The notes under the pieces were generated by a model. That model saw only the letters and a program-made list of their open reading frames with translations. It ran no database searches and was not told the DNA's origin. A program made the translations under genes and the position numbers. DNA of 63,428 nt, the filler included, from Licmophora abbreviata (Eukaryota): NCBI GenBank assembly GCA_900291995.1. It is 10 parts of 10 records of this genome, joined end to end, with 100 filler letters (N's around TTAATTAATTAA, not from the genome) between each part and the next. Parts side by side here need not be neighbours in the genome. Positions count along the whole stretch, not along the records: positions 29,156 to 36,044 come from OLMU01003050.1; positions 36,145 to 52,524 come from OLMU01003051.1; 8 more parts are not named here. The stretch is one strand, 5' to 3'. This document shows, piece after piece, positions 32,336 to 44,427 of this stretch (positions are counted from its first letter, which is position 1; the number at the start of each line of letters is the position of its first letter).

Positions 32336-34786
32336 CTAGAACTTCCGTCTGCGTTTCTTGGCTTCATGAGTTCCGGCGATCTGCTTGCGCTTTCCTTGTT
32401 TCATCGTGTTCTTTCTACCACGTTTGGATCGAGTTGCGGCTGAGAACTTGGTCATCAAGAAATTCTTCTTACGTGTCTTTTCGATATTAGTCGAACCACC
32501 ATCACGTTCTTTGTTTTCAAACTTCGTCCGTCCGGCAATGATCTGCTCTAGCTTCTCGGCCTTGCTCAGGCGCCTTCGTTTCGCTTCGGCCATGATGTCG
32601 CCAGGAGTGACCGTCCCTGCAATGTTCAACCTCTCGTCATCCGAATCCGAATCGCTGCCATCATCGTCGCTGAGCTCTTCGAAGTCTTTGCCCTGCGCAA
32701 TGGCCCTCTTCCGACGAGCAGCCTCTCTCGGATTCCTCCTGGCACGCTTCTCCCTTTCAACGAGCTTGCGCATCCTATCAAAATCGGAAGCGGAAAACAC
32801 CCGACTGGCCGACACTTCCTGCTTGAGTTTCTCGCGCTCAGCAGGCGTCAGTTTTGACAGATCAAGGGCTGGATCCAATGATCTTTCATCAGTGACTGCC
32901 GGCTTAGCATTGTTACCCTCCAACTCTTCTCCCTTTTTAAGGAGGACGAGATCCGGCGCAGAGTCGTCGTCACTCTCAAGTTCGTCATCCTCCGACTCGT
33001 CGTTCATTCTTTCAGCCTGAATACCGTCATCTTCGCCGCTGTCATCAGCAGGTTCAGAGTCGCGGCGCTGATGTTCTGTTTTCTTCGCTTCGTACTCCAC
33101 AAGCAAGTCTGCACCTTCGACACCAGCAGCTACCTTGTGCTGACCATATCGTAGAGGCTTTTGCCCGGCACGATGTAGTGCCGATCCCTTCATACCACGA
33201 TCTTTGCCTTGCAGAAGCGACGGGTGAACCTCCCGGATGAAGTTCGTCCACGCCTTTCCGGCAATCGAGACAGATCGGTCGCGGTGATTTGAGTATGCCG
33301 CCAAGTCTCGGGCAAAGGCTTCGATATCCATGGCAGTGCTTTCGGATTCTTTGCTCTCTTCCACGGATAGTGCCGACGGCACTCGGCCGCAAATGGCCCG
33401 TGCCGCGTTGATTCCCACAGCCATTTGCTCACCAGAGCATCTTTCCGTGATAAAATTGTGTGCAATCGTCTTCAAGATGCCATAAATCTCTTCCGGGGGT
33501 ACATATTCGTGGCATGCCTGAACGGAATACGCTAGGATGGCCGTAACATCGCGTTGGTGACCACCCATGTACCGCTGCAAGAAAGGATACAGGTTCAAAA
33601 GCAAGAGCTCGTGATTTCCCACCAACCGCGTTACAAGGTTCATCATGAGAAGCTTTACCTCGTACTTGTACGAGCTGTTTGTGGACTTTAAACGCTTCAA
33701 GACAGCCTCTGCTAGTCCCTGTGGATCCCGCAACAACTCAATGGCGGGATATAGCTTCTTGGATGCCTCCACTCCTTCATCGTGCTCTAGATCCATCCAC
33801 TCGGACCGCTCTTTCTTTAGCTGCGCCTTGCGTCGATGTTTGAGTTGTTTTGCCACCCTCCGCTTACGCGATGCCGTCTTTCTTGAATGCAAATGAAGAT
33901 TCACATGGTTTGACGACTGCCATTCATCGTCTTGCTGCTGCTGTTGGTCCATGGCCATTTTCTCTTCAATGTTGAGAAAGAAGCGCATGGCACGACACGT
34001 GGTTGTCGTGTTTGTGTGAACGACCGCCGAAGCCAAAATGGCGACAGCACGTTCGTCCACCCAGACTTGCCGCCGGTACAAGTCACACACCATATCTGTG
34101 GCCAATTTGGCGGCACAGATCGTCGAGGACGAAGAATCCGTCGATTCCGGACTCACGACGACGCGGTGCAGGAAGGACTGCACACTGCGATTGACGGCAT
34201 CGTTTCGTTTGCCTTTCACATTCATGTTTCGAATATCATGAACCATGTGACTGTATAACAGCTCACGCAGAGCCTTGTCGGGGATCACCACCATTAGCCG
34301 GAAGAAGAGTTCTAGCAAGCGCAGTGGTGGGATGGCGCCCTTGTTGCGCATCAGAATAAGAGCGGAAACGCAGGTTTTGCGCACATCACGATGCAGTTGC
34401 AAAGCAGCCATTGACATGGAAGATAGAGTCGAAACGTTAGGAGCAGCAGTGGCCGGGGCTCCACCACTGTCGGTTGCCCCCTGCTGTTGACCCATGAGCA
34501 AATTCATGAGCATAGTAGCAATTCGATCCGACTCTTCTCCCTTATAACTGCTCGATGAGACGGCCGCGGCAAACTGAATCAGTTCAATGAGATTCGACGA
34601 GGGTCTCTCGGTACTACTTCTAAGCACTAAGATTCCGCACTCGCTTTCCAATCGTCGAACCTGGGCTTGATAGTCGTCAAGGTAACCCGCCGGATCACGC
34701 TTGACCATGTTCTGAAGCTGACTGAGTTTCATCGTCACGTCGACGCGTGTTCCGGCGCCGGTCGCGACGCCTGCAGATGCAGACAT
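32336..34786 (-). CDS. SDA1: SDA1 ribosome-biogenesis protein
   Basis: LSQLQNMVKRDPAGY, ALILMRNK, YPFLQRYMGGHQRDVTAILAY, QACHEYVPP, IAHNFITER, VGINAARAICGRVP, STNIEKTRKKNFLM. Confidence 0.93.
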   Translation of the reverse strand: MSASAGVATGAGTRVDVTMKLSQLQNMVKRDPAGYLDDYQAQVRRLESECGILVLRSSTERPSSNLIELIQFAAAVSSSSYKGEESDRIATMLMNLLMGQQQGATDSGGAPATAAPNVSTLSSMSMAALQLHRDVRKTCVSALILMRNKGAIPPLRLLELFFRLMVVIPDKALRELLYSHMVHDIRNMNVKGKRNDAVNRSVQSFLHRVVVSPESTDSSSSTICAAKLATDMVCDLYRRQVWVDERAVAILASAVVHTNTTTTCRAMRFFLNIEEKMAMDQQQQQDDEWQSSNHVNLHLHSRKTASRKRRVAKQLKHRRKAQLKKERSEWMDLEHDEGVEASKKLYPAIELLRDPQGLAEAVLKRLKSTNSSYKYEVKLLMMNLVTRLVGNHELLLLNLYPFLQRYMGGHQRDVTAILAYSVQACHEYVPPEEIYGILKTIAHNFITERCSGEQMAVGINAARAICGRVPSALSVEESKESESTAMDIEAFARDLAAYSNHRDRSVSIAGKAWTNFIREVHPSLLQGKDRGMKGSALHRAGQKPLRYGQHKVAAGVEGADLLVEYEAKKTEHQRRDSEPADDSGEDDGIQAERMNDESEDDELESDDDSAPDLVLLKKGEELEGNNAKPAVTDERSLDPALDLSKLTPAEREKLKQEVSASRVFSASDFDRMRKLVEREKRARRNPREAARRKRAIAQGKDFEELSDDDGSDSDSDDERLNIAGTVTPGDIMAEAKRRRLSKAEKLEQIIAGRTKFENKERDGGSTNIEKTRKKNFLMTKFSAATRSKRGRKNTMKQGKRKQIAGTHEAKKRRRKF

Positions 34787-35072
34787 TGTCGTCAGTGGGG
34801 GGAGTCTTCGGTGTGAGCGGCGATGAGGGAAATCGCGGTACAGCCGACGGCAATTCGTTCATTGTGTGCGTTTCAAGTTTGAAAAGTTGGGTGGTCGGAA
34901 GACCCTTATGTCTGTCCGGCGTCAACCTCCGAATTTCTAAAACAGTCGAGCTCGCGAGCTTCGTAAAACTTCCTGAACAACTTTCTGCGGTGCGATCGAG
35001 GTGCGATATCGAGCAGGCGGCGACCATGATGATGGAGAACCGGAAATCCGCGACGAAACAAAGCACTCCACA

Positions 35073-35885
35073 ATGGTATCTAGAGGTCTTGTGCTCCTTA
35101 CGAAAGTCCTTATCGGCGCCCTATATATTTTTGTGTCAGTATTTGGAATGCTCTTTGCTTGGTCCATTGTGACGGGCTACATTCTGAACGACCCGAGTCG
35201 ATGGATCGAAAACACGGACGGTAAACTTGCGGGTCTCAGTGACCTCTGGTTTCCCGCCTTTGGCATGTACATTCACTGGATTGGGGGCTGTACCATTCTA
35301 GTGATTGGTCTTGTCCAGCTCTTTCCCTTTTTTCGAAGACCCAAAATGCTCATAATTCATCGCATACTTGGGACCACGTACATTTTTGCCTGTATCATAA
35401 CGTCGCTTGGAGGAAACTTGTTCATATATACGCACGGTTGCGTCGGAGGCGCCAACATGAACATTTCTTTTTCCATCGCTGGCTGGATCATGTTTGGACT
35501 GGCCGTCATGACGTACTATCATGCACGAAATAAAAACACAATACAGCACCGGGACTTTGCCATTCGCTTGTGGGGACAAGGCATTGCGTCATTGCTCTAT
35601 CGCGTGTGGTACCTCTTGCTGCGTCGTGGATTTGGATATCGAGTACCCGATGCACAGGCCTTTCACAGGCCTCTCGATGAATTTTTGGATTGGTGGTTCT
35701 TTGCACCGAATCTGGTTGTGACCGAGATTGTCGTTTGGTATATTCACCGACGCGACAGGCTACGACGGGAAGAGCAAGAGGCTGAAGCGATGGATCAGCA
35801 GCCTCTTATCGATGCAACAGTGGAGGACAATGATGAGTATGGCACTGCTGACAGTGTTGCAGCAACGGCCCCCCAAGTGTCATAG
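35073..35885 (+). CDS. Multi-pass membrane protein, DUF2306-like
   Basis: About six hydrophobic helices; HWIGG, LVQL, IHRILGTTY, QHRDFAIR. Confidence 0.7.
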   Translation: MVSRGLVLLTKVLIGALYIFVSVFGMLFAWSIVTGYILNDPSRWIENTDGKLAGLSDLWFPAFGMYIHWIGGCTILVIGLVQLFPFFRRPKMLIIHRILGTTYIFACIITSLGGNLFIYTHGCVGGANMNISFSIAGWIMFGLAVMTYYHARNKNTIQHRDFAIRLWGQGIASLLYRVWYLLLRRGFGYRVPDAQAFHRPLDEFLDWWFFAPNLVVTEIVVWYIHRRDRLRREEQEAEAMDQQPLIDATVEDNDEYGTADSVAATAPQVS

Positions 35886-36044
35886 GAGACTTTTGCGTAT
35901 TTTAGAAGTTCTTTTTTCTATAAGCCGAGGCGCATGTATGGCGCATCGACGTCGGCTTTACTCGAAGGATCCATAGTTACGCTTCACAGCTGTTTGGCTA
36001 TGATAGCATGAGATAGCACAGAGCCCAAGCCTTTACTGATGCCG

Positions 36045-36144
36045 NNNNNNNNNNNNNNNNNNNNNNNNNNNNNNNNNNNNNNNNNNNNTTAATTAATTAA
36101 NNNNNNNNNNNNNNNNNNNNNNNNNNNNNNNNNNNNNNNNNNNN
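36045..36144. other. Artificial contig spacer
   Basis: 44 N + TTAATTAATTAA + 44 N. Confidence 0.99.
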
Positions 36145-36278
36145 CATGTGAAATCTGCTTACATGGTATACCTTCGACTTCTACCAGGTATAGCTAAACA
36201 GACCCGCTCTGTCGTCCTTTTTCCAATTTCCAATTTTGACGTTTCGTGCTTTCTGACGTGTTTTTTTTTTCAGGATGA

Positions 36279-37073
36279 GGCGATCGCATTCCTTGTCCGA
36301 CAGCACGGGGCTATGGTAGACTGTCGTACGAGGTGGGTGCCGAAGACGGTGTCGGTAGCATTGGGCCCGCCTGGAGTGCCGAGGATCGGACCGCCACGTT
36401 TCAGTACTCGGATGAAATGAAGGATTACAATTTGCAAAACCTTCGAATAGTGGAAGTCGAACTGCTGGATCCCGTCCAGTGCAATACAATTACGGAAGGC
36501 GTCGACTCTATCATTTGGTGCGCGACCGACTTCAATGGGAACTCGCCGAGAGCTGTGTCGGGTTTGAACATTGCATTTATCTTTCGAGCTGTCGCGGCAC
36601 CCACCAAGGGACGAGTTGAGATTGAAGGATTGCGGAATATTCTCGGTGGTCTCAAGAATGCACGGCAGAGTCAGAAGTGGAAGGACAAAGCAGCACTCGA
36701 CGCTGTCATGGGAGGACCTCCCAAGTCGGCGTCCAACGCTAACGGGCCCATCAATTTTGTCATGGTTTCGGCTGCACCCGATGCATTTGAGGATTTTGAG
36801 ACGCCCTTTGGTACCTTTAATGGTCTCAAACGAGAAGGCGAAAAGCTGCTGAGGAATGAGTTTCCCAGTTTGTCATGTACAGTGCTACAAATGAGCAGAT
36901 ACGACGACAATTTTGTAGAGGAGAGCTTGACGGTCAACTTGGACGATGGCAACGCCGAAGAGACGTCCAGACGGAGAATCAATCGACGCGATGCCGCCCG
37001 TGCCGCTGTCGATGCCTTGACCAATGAAGACTTGGTTGATCGGACTGTTCAGGTATGGACGGCAACGAGATAG
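36279..37073 (+). CDS. Atypical SDR / NAD(P)-binding Rossmann-fold protein (NmrA/TIC62-like), 5' partial
   Basis: GVDSIIWCAT, VEIEGLRNIL, FVMVSA, KREGEKLL, RINRRDAARAAVDAL. The 5' splice/frame near 36188-36278 could not be resolved. Confidence 0.7.
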   Translation, partial: GDRIPCPTARGYGRLSYEVGAEDGVGSIGPAWSAEDRTATFQYSDEMKDYNLQNLRIVEVELLDPVQCNTITEGVDSIIWCATDFNGNSPRAVSGLNIAFIFRAVAAPTKGRVEIEGLRNILGGLKNARQSQKWKDKAALDAVMGGPPKSASNANGPINFVMVSAAPDAFEDFETPFGTFNGLKREGEKLLRNEFPSLSCTVLQMSRYDDNFVEESLTVNLDDGNAEETSRRRINRRDAARAAVDALTNEDLVDRTVQVWTATR

Positions 37074-37133
37074 GATACATCGAGCTAGTTAGTAGTTATA
37101 AACTTATATTCCACAACGTACATGCTGGTAGGT

Positions 37134-39308
37134 TCATGCGACGACACCGTTGGAAGGCGTAGGTGCCTTTGCAATGAGGTTTCGCTCTTCTGCAACATCG
37201 ATGTCGAGATGGTTGTAGCCGTCGTCCCCTCTCTGAAACAGTCGTTCAATCTCCTCCAGAGATAATCCTTTCGTTTCAGGCAGAGAAAAGAACAGCCAAA
37301 TGAAACCTGCCAGAGAAATTGCACCATAGAACCAAAATGCACCGTACGCCGTCAGTACGCTCGGACTACTGATCGACAAGAACGTTGCACTCACAATCAA
37401 GTTGCCAATCCAGTTGGTGGCAGTACTGAGACTGACTGCGAGCGACCGAAATTTGAGTGGATAAATCTCCGAGTTGATAGTCCACGGCATACCGCCCATC
37501 CCAATACCAAACGCCAACAAGTATAGGACCATGAAGATAACAGACGCATATCCGTACGGATTCGGACACGACTCGTAAATCCAGTCCGCCGAGCACGTTC
37601 CATCGTCCTGAAACGGCGCCGTTACGTTGCCCTCGACACACTGTCCATTGCAAAACCCGCACCCATCCATGTGCGCACAGTCGTAACAGTATGCTGTGAT
37701 TCCATTCCATACCAGTGCTGGTTCCTTGGCGCATTGGGAAGATGTATTTGTGACGGGAAATGACGACGTCCGGGCCAGATAGAACGAACTGCCAAGTCCA
37801 ACGAGGCACAAGGTAACTAGTGATAGGGACGTTAGTACGAGTTGCCGTCGTCCAACGCGTTCCACCAGATAGATGCTCAAACCAATGCCGACGACTTGGG
37901 CAAGTGCCGTGTAGCCACTTAGCCAGACGGCAGTCATTTCTGTGTTGCAAACAAAATAGGAGAGGGGTGTAAGCGAATTCATCGATCACGATGAAGGAGA
38001 AGCCGGAAGTCATGGCGAACAGCAACACAAAAGATGCTCACGTACCGTCAAATTGAGACATTTCATAAATGCTCGCTGCATAATACTGGTTGCAACATAA
38101 CAAATGCACGATTCGTAGTGAGCATACAGTTCACCTTCCAATATAACAAGTCCGCTTGTCTCACGTACCATGACAGTGTTGATGCCCGCCATTTGCTGCA
38201 ACAGCATGATGCCACAACCAAGGGAGAGCGCTCGTCGAGTAGGAACGTCGGAGAGCATGGCGCCGACACGGGTGAAAAACGACTGTTTGTCCGCCTCTTC
38301 CTGCGCCATCCTGGACGCCTGTCGACGGAGCAGCTCTGGGTCGGACGAACCGGCACCGTAGGATGGCGAAAGAGATGGAACACCCAGTATGTCATCTTCG
38401 TTTTCTATTCTGGATGTAGGAAGGTCCTCCTGTTCCTCTTCACCGTTGATGGGCGTCAAGGCATTGACAATCTCTACAAGTTCCAACTGTGCTTCACTGT
38501 CACTCGCACGTATACTCTCCAAGACGTTTCGCGCTTCTTCATAATGTCCCTGCATGGCAAGCCATCGTGGCGATTCCGGAAGATGGCATAAAAATCCCCA
38601 CAACATGGTCAAACTTGGCAGGGCCGCCAGTCCCAACATGTAGCGCCATCCAGAAATGGGAAGGAGTTCATCAAAGATTCCATCGACCATGCCAGCAATG
38701 AACTGACCCAGCGTGACGAGTAAGGCATTGATTGTAACGAGCTGTCCACGCATCTCTGGGACTGCCACTTCAGCAAGGTAAATGGGGGTGGTGAGGGAAG
38801 CTATTCCAATGCCAATCCCCACAATCACTCGTCCCAGCACGAGACTGGGGTAGTCCCAGGCAATGCTCAATCCCAAACTTCCAATCGTAAAGACAAAGGC
38901 TGCAATCAGAATACTCTTGCGCCGTCCAAGCTGTGTATTTAAAGACCCTCCGATCAACGAGCTTCCAAAGGCAGCCAGTACAGTGCTACTGACGACGACC
39001 TCTTCTTGCCAGGGATCGAGATCAAAGGCCCGTTGAATCGGTAGCATGGCGCCACTGATGACTCCCGTGTCGTAGCCAAAGAGAAAACCCCCGATGGCTG
39101 CCATGGTTGTGAGGAATCTCATTTTTCGTTTCACTCGCGTGTCACGAAGTGGGTCTGTGATTCCAACAGTGTCGACGGGGGTTGCTGTTGCCGATTCTGA
39201 TGAAACCATCTCGTAGCCCCTACTATTGCTGCTCCTGCTGCTCACGACTGGATGCGACTGCGGGAGAGTCTCTGGAGGAGGAGAGGATTGTTGCAGTTTA
39301 GGAGACAT
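37134..39308 (-). CDS. H+/myo-inositol transporter (HMIT/INT-like, sugar porter family); exons 39308-38169, 38085-38046, 37939-37134
   Basis: [85 protein letters not shown]; Cys-rich loop [17 protein letters not shown]. Confidence 0.9.
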
Positions 39309-39492
39309 GATGATGGAAGACAATGATGCAAATAAAGAGAGAAACACGTGCCGGTCACAACGCCATGGTCATGATCCGGATGTTTCGAATGTTTCATTTT
39401 TCGAATTGGACAGACGTTTGAGTAAAGATGACGTCATTGCCGAACACCATGTATCCACGGATGGTACGGTCGCAAAACCCGGCGCACACACC

Positions 39493-40263
39493 ATGAGGAT
39501 GACGACGACGACTAGGATGATGCTTCGTAGAGGAGTTTCGTCCTTTCGGACTTTCAGCATTCCAAATCGACGGATGGTGCAAGAGCATGGAATCTCCGGA
39601 AAACGTATACGTATACTTGATTCTAGGAGGATGTTGTTGACGAAAGCTGTCTCCCTACGTGCGCCCTCCGTCGCCAAGTCGTGCTGCTATTCTTCGTCTT
39701 CGCGTCCGCGGCACGACGAGGCTGGAGAAGTAGCAACGGTGGGGACAGACTCGGTGGACTACTTTCAGTTATTGAATCTTCCGCAGATCTTCGACTTGTC
39801 TCCCTCACTGCTCCAGAAGCAGTACAAGACCTTGATGAGCACCCATCATCCCGATCGAAAAATGCACACGTCCGACAACACTACCAAGGATGACGACATG
39901 GCATCGAGAATTACACATGCCTACGATACCTTGAAGCAGCCGCATTTACGAGCAGCGCACTTGTTGGAAGTTCGAATGAAGGAAGCTGTCCTTACCGAAG
40001 AAGAAACAACCATGGACGACGACGCACTCCTCCAAGTGATGGAAACCCGGCAACGCATTGACGATACTGGGGACGATCCCGAGGCGCTGCAGAGACTGTG
40101 GGACGAAAATGAAGGTCGTCTCCATGTTATTTACAAGCAGCTGAGTACACTGCTCGATGGCAGCAGTGACACCGATAGGAGTCTCTCCGAGGCACGAAGA
40201 CTCACCTCGACGTTGCAGTACTGGGTGCGTGTCCAAGAGACTCTGCGAGACAAAATGGAGTAA
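39493..40263 (+). CDS. HSCB: Mitochondrial Fe-S cluster co-chaperone HscB/Jac1
   Basis: Arg/Ser-rich presequence; J-domain DYFQLL...LQKQYK.L...HPD, ITHAYDTLKQPHLRAAHLL; C-terminal LLQVMETRQ...LQYW. Confidence 0.88.
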   Translation: MRMTTTTRMMLRRGVSSFRTFSIPNRRMVQEHGISGKRIRILDSRRMLLTKAVSLRAPSVAKSCCYSSSSRPRHDEAGEVATVGTDSVDYFQLLNLPQIFDLSPSLLQKQYKTLMSTHHPDRKMHTSDNTTKDDDMASRITHAYDTLKQPHLRAAHLLEVRMKEAVLTEEETTMDDDALLQVMETRQRIDDTGDDPEALQRLWDENEGRLHVIYKQLSTLLDGSSDTDRSLSEARRLTSTLQYWVRVQETLRDKME

Positions 40264-40657
40264 GCACAACTAGCCTAGCCTTCCAGACTTTGGTGCCTGA
40301 ATCTCGTACCCAACTATTCAACAGGAAGAGACGTGCGCAGCGATCGTGTTAGAAGAACGACAAGCAGTTTATCCGAATCTCCACTGCTCTCTATAAAAGC
40401 CGTGCATGTGTTGGAGGTCGTCCAGGACAATCATGTCACAGCAGTATATATGTATATACGACATGACATCCAACTATAGCGACCTTCCATGCCGCGAGGC
40501 ATTCTTTTTGCAAAAGCTTCATGACCGAGTCAAACATGGGGATCGCACGTACTCAACCTCAACAAGGGAATACAGTACGATGTCTGAACCGGAGATACCG
40601 TTTGCGTCTTCGTCACACTAGTAGGGTACATCAAGGCACGACGTACCTGGTCTTTGT

Positions 40658-41959
40658 TTAGCAGCACGACCAGTATTTGTTTTGCCACGGATGTTCCCAC
40701 CAATCTTCCGAGTCTCGAACTATCTTTCCCGGCGTTTGCCACACTATCGGCCTAAATACAATCCTTCCCAGGATGGCATCCCAGCAACCATCTCGGACAC
40801 AACAAAATTGCACGACATTCGCCACGAGGCCCCTGGAAAAGACCAAATCGGTTGGATGCGTGCCTTGCAAGTAGTCAATGTGTCGATGCGATTTGCCACA
40901 TTCAAAGGTGGTGAGATTGGATAGAGCGAGGAGCGTGTGTATCGCAAGTAGCACGAGCGCAACGCACGTCAGAGGGTACAGGTAGAGCTTGGCCGCCGCG
41001 ATCCATAGAGAAGAGTAGAGCACGGTCCGGTCGTCATCGTCGTGATGATGGAACAACAGTGATCGAACGCCATACTCGGACGATCCAACGATATGACAAA
41101 GTAACAAAAAGCCAACTCCTTGCGACAGTAAGAACCACCAAAATCGACAATGGTTGCGTTCGCCAATGCAGGTACCCAAGAATCCGCAGTGATGATCAAA
41201 GGTGGCGACGCATCGATTGCAAATCTTACAATGATGCGAGCGGAGGGGAGGCGCGATCTCGCAATGCTGACAAGCTTTGCGACGCGTGCCGTGGAAGCAG
41301 AAGGAAGAGAGAGGTGAGAGTGGGTCATCACTGAGTTCCTCATCGTTGCCCCAGTCATCCTTGTCATTAATCATCGGTAATACTGTGATGCGAGAGGATG
41401 TTCGTCGTATGGTTGTTGCAGAGGTCTCGTCCGCCGCGGAGATAGGGCCAGATGTAGTAGGCAAGCATATCTCCTCGTCGATTTCGGATTCCTGCTGCTC
41501 TTCTTCATACCCAAGTAGCGTAAGGCCGTCTTCTTGGCAGACAGAGGCGACAATGTCGGGTGTCAAATACCCCGGATCGCTTCCGATGACACAACCGAGA
41601 GAAATGATGGTGACGACAAAGATGGCCACTAGTTCCGCCAGTCGCTCGTGATTCAGTGACACCACAGTGCTGCCCTCATTCGCCTTCCAAAGAATCGTTT
41701 TGGGACTTTTTATCGTCAAAACCATCGCAAAACTGGCTGCGGCAATGTACCGGACCGCAGCAAAGCAAGGCGACGACGATGCTGTGCTAGGCGACGCGGC
41801 GCAGGCGGATGTCGCCGCCGGTATCGAGGTTTGCTCCAAATCATTGCATTTCTCGACATGAAGGGGCACAGTCACCTGCGTTGTTTCGATTTCAGAGTGT
41901 TCCCCGTCGTTGGAGCTATCCCCATTGTTGGAGCTACCGCTGGGCGCTGATGAATCCAT
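40658..41959 (-). CDS. DHHC palmitoyltransferase
   Basis: [56 protein letters not shown]. Confidence 0.95.
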   Translation of the reverse strand: MDSSAPSGSSNNGDSSNDGEHSEIETTQVTVPLHVEKCNDLEQTSIPAATSACAASPSTASSSPCFAAVRYIAAASFAMVLTIKSPKTILWKANEGSTVVSLNHERLAELVAIFVVTIISLGCVIGSDPGYLTPDIVASVCQEDGLTLLGYEEEQQESEIDEEICLPTTSGPISAADETSATTIRRTSSRITVLPMINDKDDWGNDEELSDDPLSPLSSFCFHGTRRKACQHCEIAPPLRSHHCKICNRCVATFDHHCGFLGTCIGERNHCRFWWFLLSQGVGFLLLCHIVGSSEYGVRSLLFHHHDDDDRTVLYSSLWIAAAKLYLYPLTCVALVLLAIHTLLALSNLTTFECGKSHRHIDYLQGTHPTDLVFSRGLVANVVQFCCVRDGCWDAILGRIVFRPIVWQTPGKIVRDSEDWWEHPWQNKYWSCC

Positions 41960-42289
41960 GGTGGCATCAATGATGCAATGAGAGGACGAAATGAGACGAG
42001 TTTCATCGCGGCGCGTCTCGCCACCGTCATCGGCGGATCATGCTCGCGCGTACCGGTAGGGCGCGAACTGCGTCGCGCTCGATATACCGGTAGCTCGATA
42101 GACTATGACTAGGCATATAGGTCTCGTCGTCTTTCCTTATCGTCAAGGGCGTCGTGTATGCGTTCATCTACTGTTAGTGTGCGTATCTCTCTACACTGAT
42201 CGCTAAGTTATACCTGATACAACTATGAGCTGCTGAGCCATCATGATGGAGCCATACCTGCCGGCTGCGTGGCTTTGCTTGCGACGCCT

Positions 42290-44038
42290 TCAAAGCTTAG
42301 AACTAGAGCTCCCCATTGGTGTCACGATGAATGGATAACACACCGAGGTCAAGAAGTTATCGAGCTTATCGCTGTTCAGCATCTTTGCGACCTAAAAGTC
42401 ACGACATGAATGATTCAGTGAAAAAAATCGCCAGCAAACTAATGTGGCATCCTCACGTAAACGTTGCTGCGTGTCGATCGCCATACCAGTCGTACTTACC
42501 AATTTTCCAGCAAGACGCCACTTGCCCTTGGAAACACCAGCTCCTCCACACTGTCGATTCACTTCATTCTCAACGAGTCCTGATAAACGCCAAGACGTAA
42601 TCACTTGTCCATCATCGGCCGTTGCAGCTCCATTCACCCGCCACTGCCAAATCTGAGCGCGGCTAATCTCTGCCGTTGCTGCATCCTCCATAGCATTGTT
42701 CAGTGGAATACATCCAACGCCTCGAAGCCACGCTTCCGTGTATGCCAACACCACGGCGACACCATGCTGCAGCCTGTCACTGGTAATTGCCTCGGCACGA
42801 AGGACGCTGGGCAACTTGAGCAAATCCGCTTCGGTAATACCAGCACCGACAGTTCCAGGGGCACTGTCAATTTGATTGGGCGTCGGCATGTGCTGGTCAA
42901 ACACACCGCGTGCGACAGACACGAGTGCTGGGTGGGCCACCCACGTGCCATCGTGTCCTGCCAGGACCTCACGCACCTTGTCTTGTTCGATTCCCTTCAT
43001 GGCGGCCTCGTTGGCTGCGGGATCGTTCTTTATGGGAATCGCCGCCGACATGCCTCCCATGGCGAAGGTTCCACGCTTGTGACACGTATAAATCAAGCGT
43101 TTCACATAGGCATCCATCAAAGGCGTAGTCATACTGAGGAAACCACGATCCGGAGTCACCTTGTCGCTGTGGTGCTTGAACTTTTTAATGTATGAGAAGA
43201 GGTAGTCCCAACGTCCACAATTGAGGCCCAGCGAATGCTCGCGGAGCTCGTAGAGAATTTCTTCCATCTCAAAGGCCGCCGTGATGGTTTCGAGGAGAGC
43301 CGTGGCTCGGATAGTGCCTACGGGGACCCCGAGGTACTGTTGGGCTGCAACGAACACATCGTTCCAGAGACGTGCTTCGAGATGAGATTCGAGCTTGGGG
43401 ACGTAAAAGTATGGACCTGTACCCTTGGCGACGAGGCTATGGACATTGTGAAAGAAGTACAGTCCAAAATCGACCAGAGATCCCGAAGCAACACGACCGT
43501 TCACTAAAATGTGAGCCTCGTCGAGGTGCCATCCTCGAGGTCGGACGAAAAGGACAGCTGTCTTTTCCTTGGGCGCGTAGACTTTGCCATTGGTAGGGTT
43601 GGTGAAGGTAATCGTTCCCCGCACTGCATCTCGTAAGTTGCGCTGACCTTCAGCGTTGTTGCTCCAGGTAGGGCTGTTGCTATCTTCAAAGTCCGCCATG
43701 TAGACGTTTGCTCCACTGTTGAGTCCATTGATCACCATTTTGCGATCGACGGGGCCGGTGATCTCGACACGACGATCTTGGACATCTTCGGGGACAGGAG
43801 CACAGCGCCAGGAAGGGTCACGTGCAGGCGAGTCTTCCGGAAGAAAATGAGGCGTCTCGCCCGCATCGTACTCTGCGGCTCGCGCCTCACGCAGTGCTAA
43901 CAAGGCCCGACGCGTGTCTTCAAACTTCTCGCACAGAAATCCAACGAAATGAAGGGCATCCGGCGTCAGCATTTCTTCCGTCGCTGAACACACGGGCGCC
44001 AAGACGCGCACATGCACTTCTGTCGATCGAAACTCCAT
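42290..44038 (-). CDS. MLS1: Malate synthase A (glyoxylate cycle), peroxisomal; exons 44038-42500, 42391-42290
   Basis: DRRVEITGPVDRKMVINGLNSGA, VRPRGWHL, LNCGRWDYLFS, AMGGM, GHDGTWVAHP, MEDAATAEISRAQIWQW. The last exon ends SSSSKL-stop (PTS1). Confidence 0.95.
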
Positions 44039-44427
44039 CTTGAAAGAGGGACTGATGTCGCTTTACTTGTGAGATGATGATGGCCGATGAGAAGTGTCTC
44101 GGTTCGAAGCGTCACTGACACCTTTCCCACTTTTTCGCGCCATTGTGTCAAACTAGTGACTCGATGCAGTCACGAGTATGTAAAGTTTGCACTTTCGAAA
44201 TGTGTATGTAGGAATCTACTGAAAACTGCGTAGGATTGTAAAATGTGTCATCGGTTTGGTGTTCGCAGGTGTCGTCATCTGCGTAGCCATTCTCTCTCTT
44301 TTTGAACAGCCTTTCGCGCATCGAAAATACACATCAAATGAAATGCGAGGGCACCTCCCTCGACTCTCATTGTATTCTTCCATAGACCGGTATCAAAGTG
44401 ATCTAGCAATTGGATCATTTACTACTT

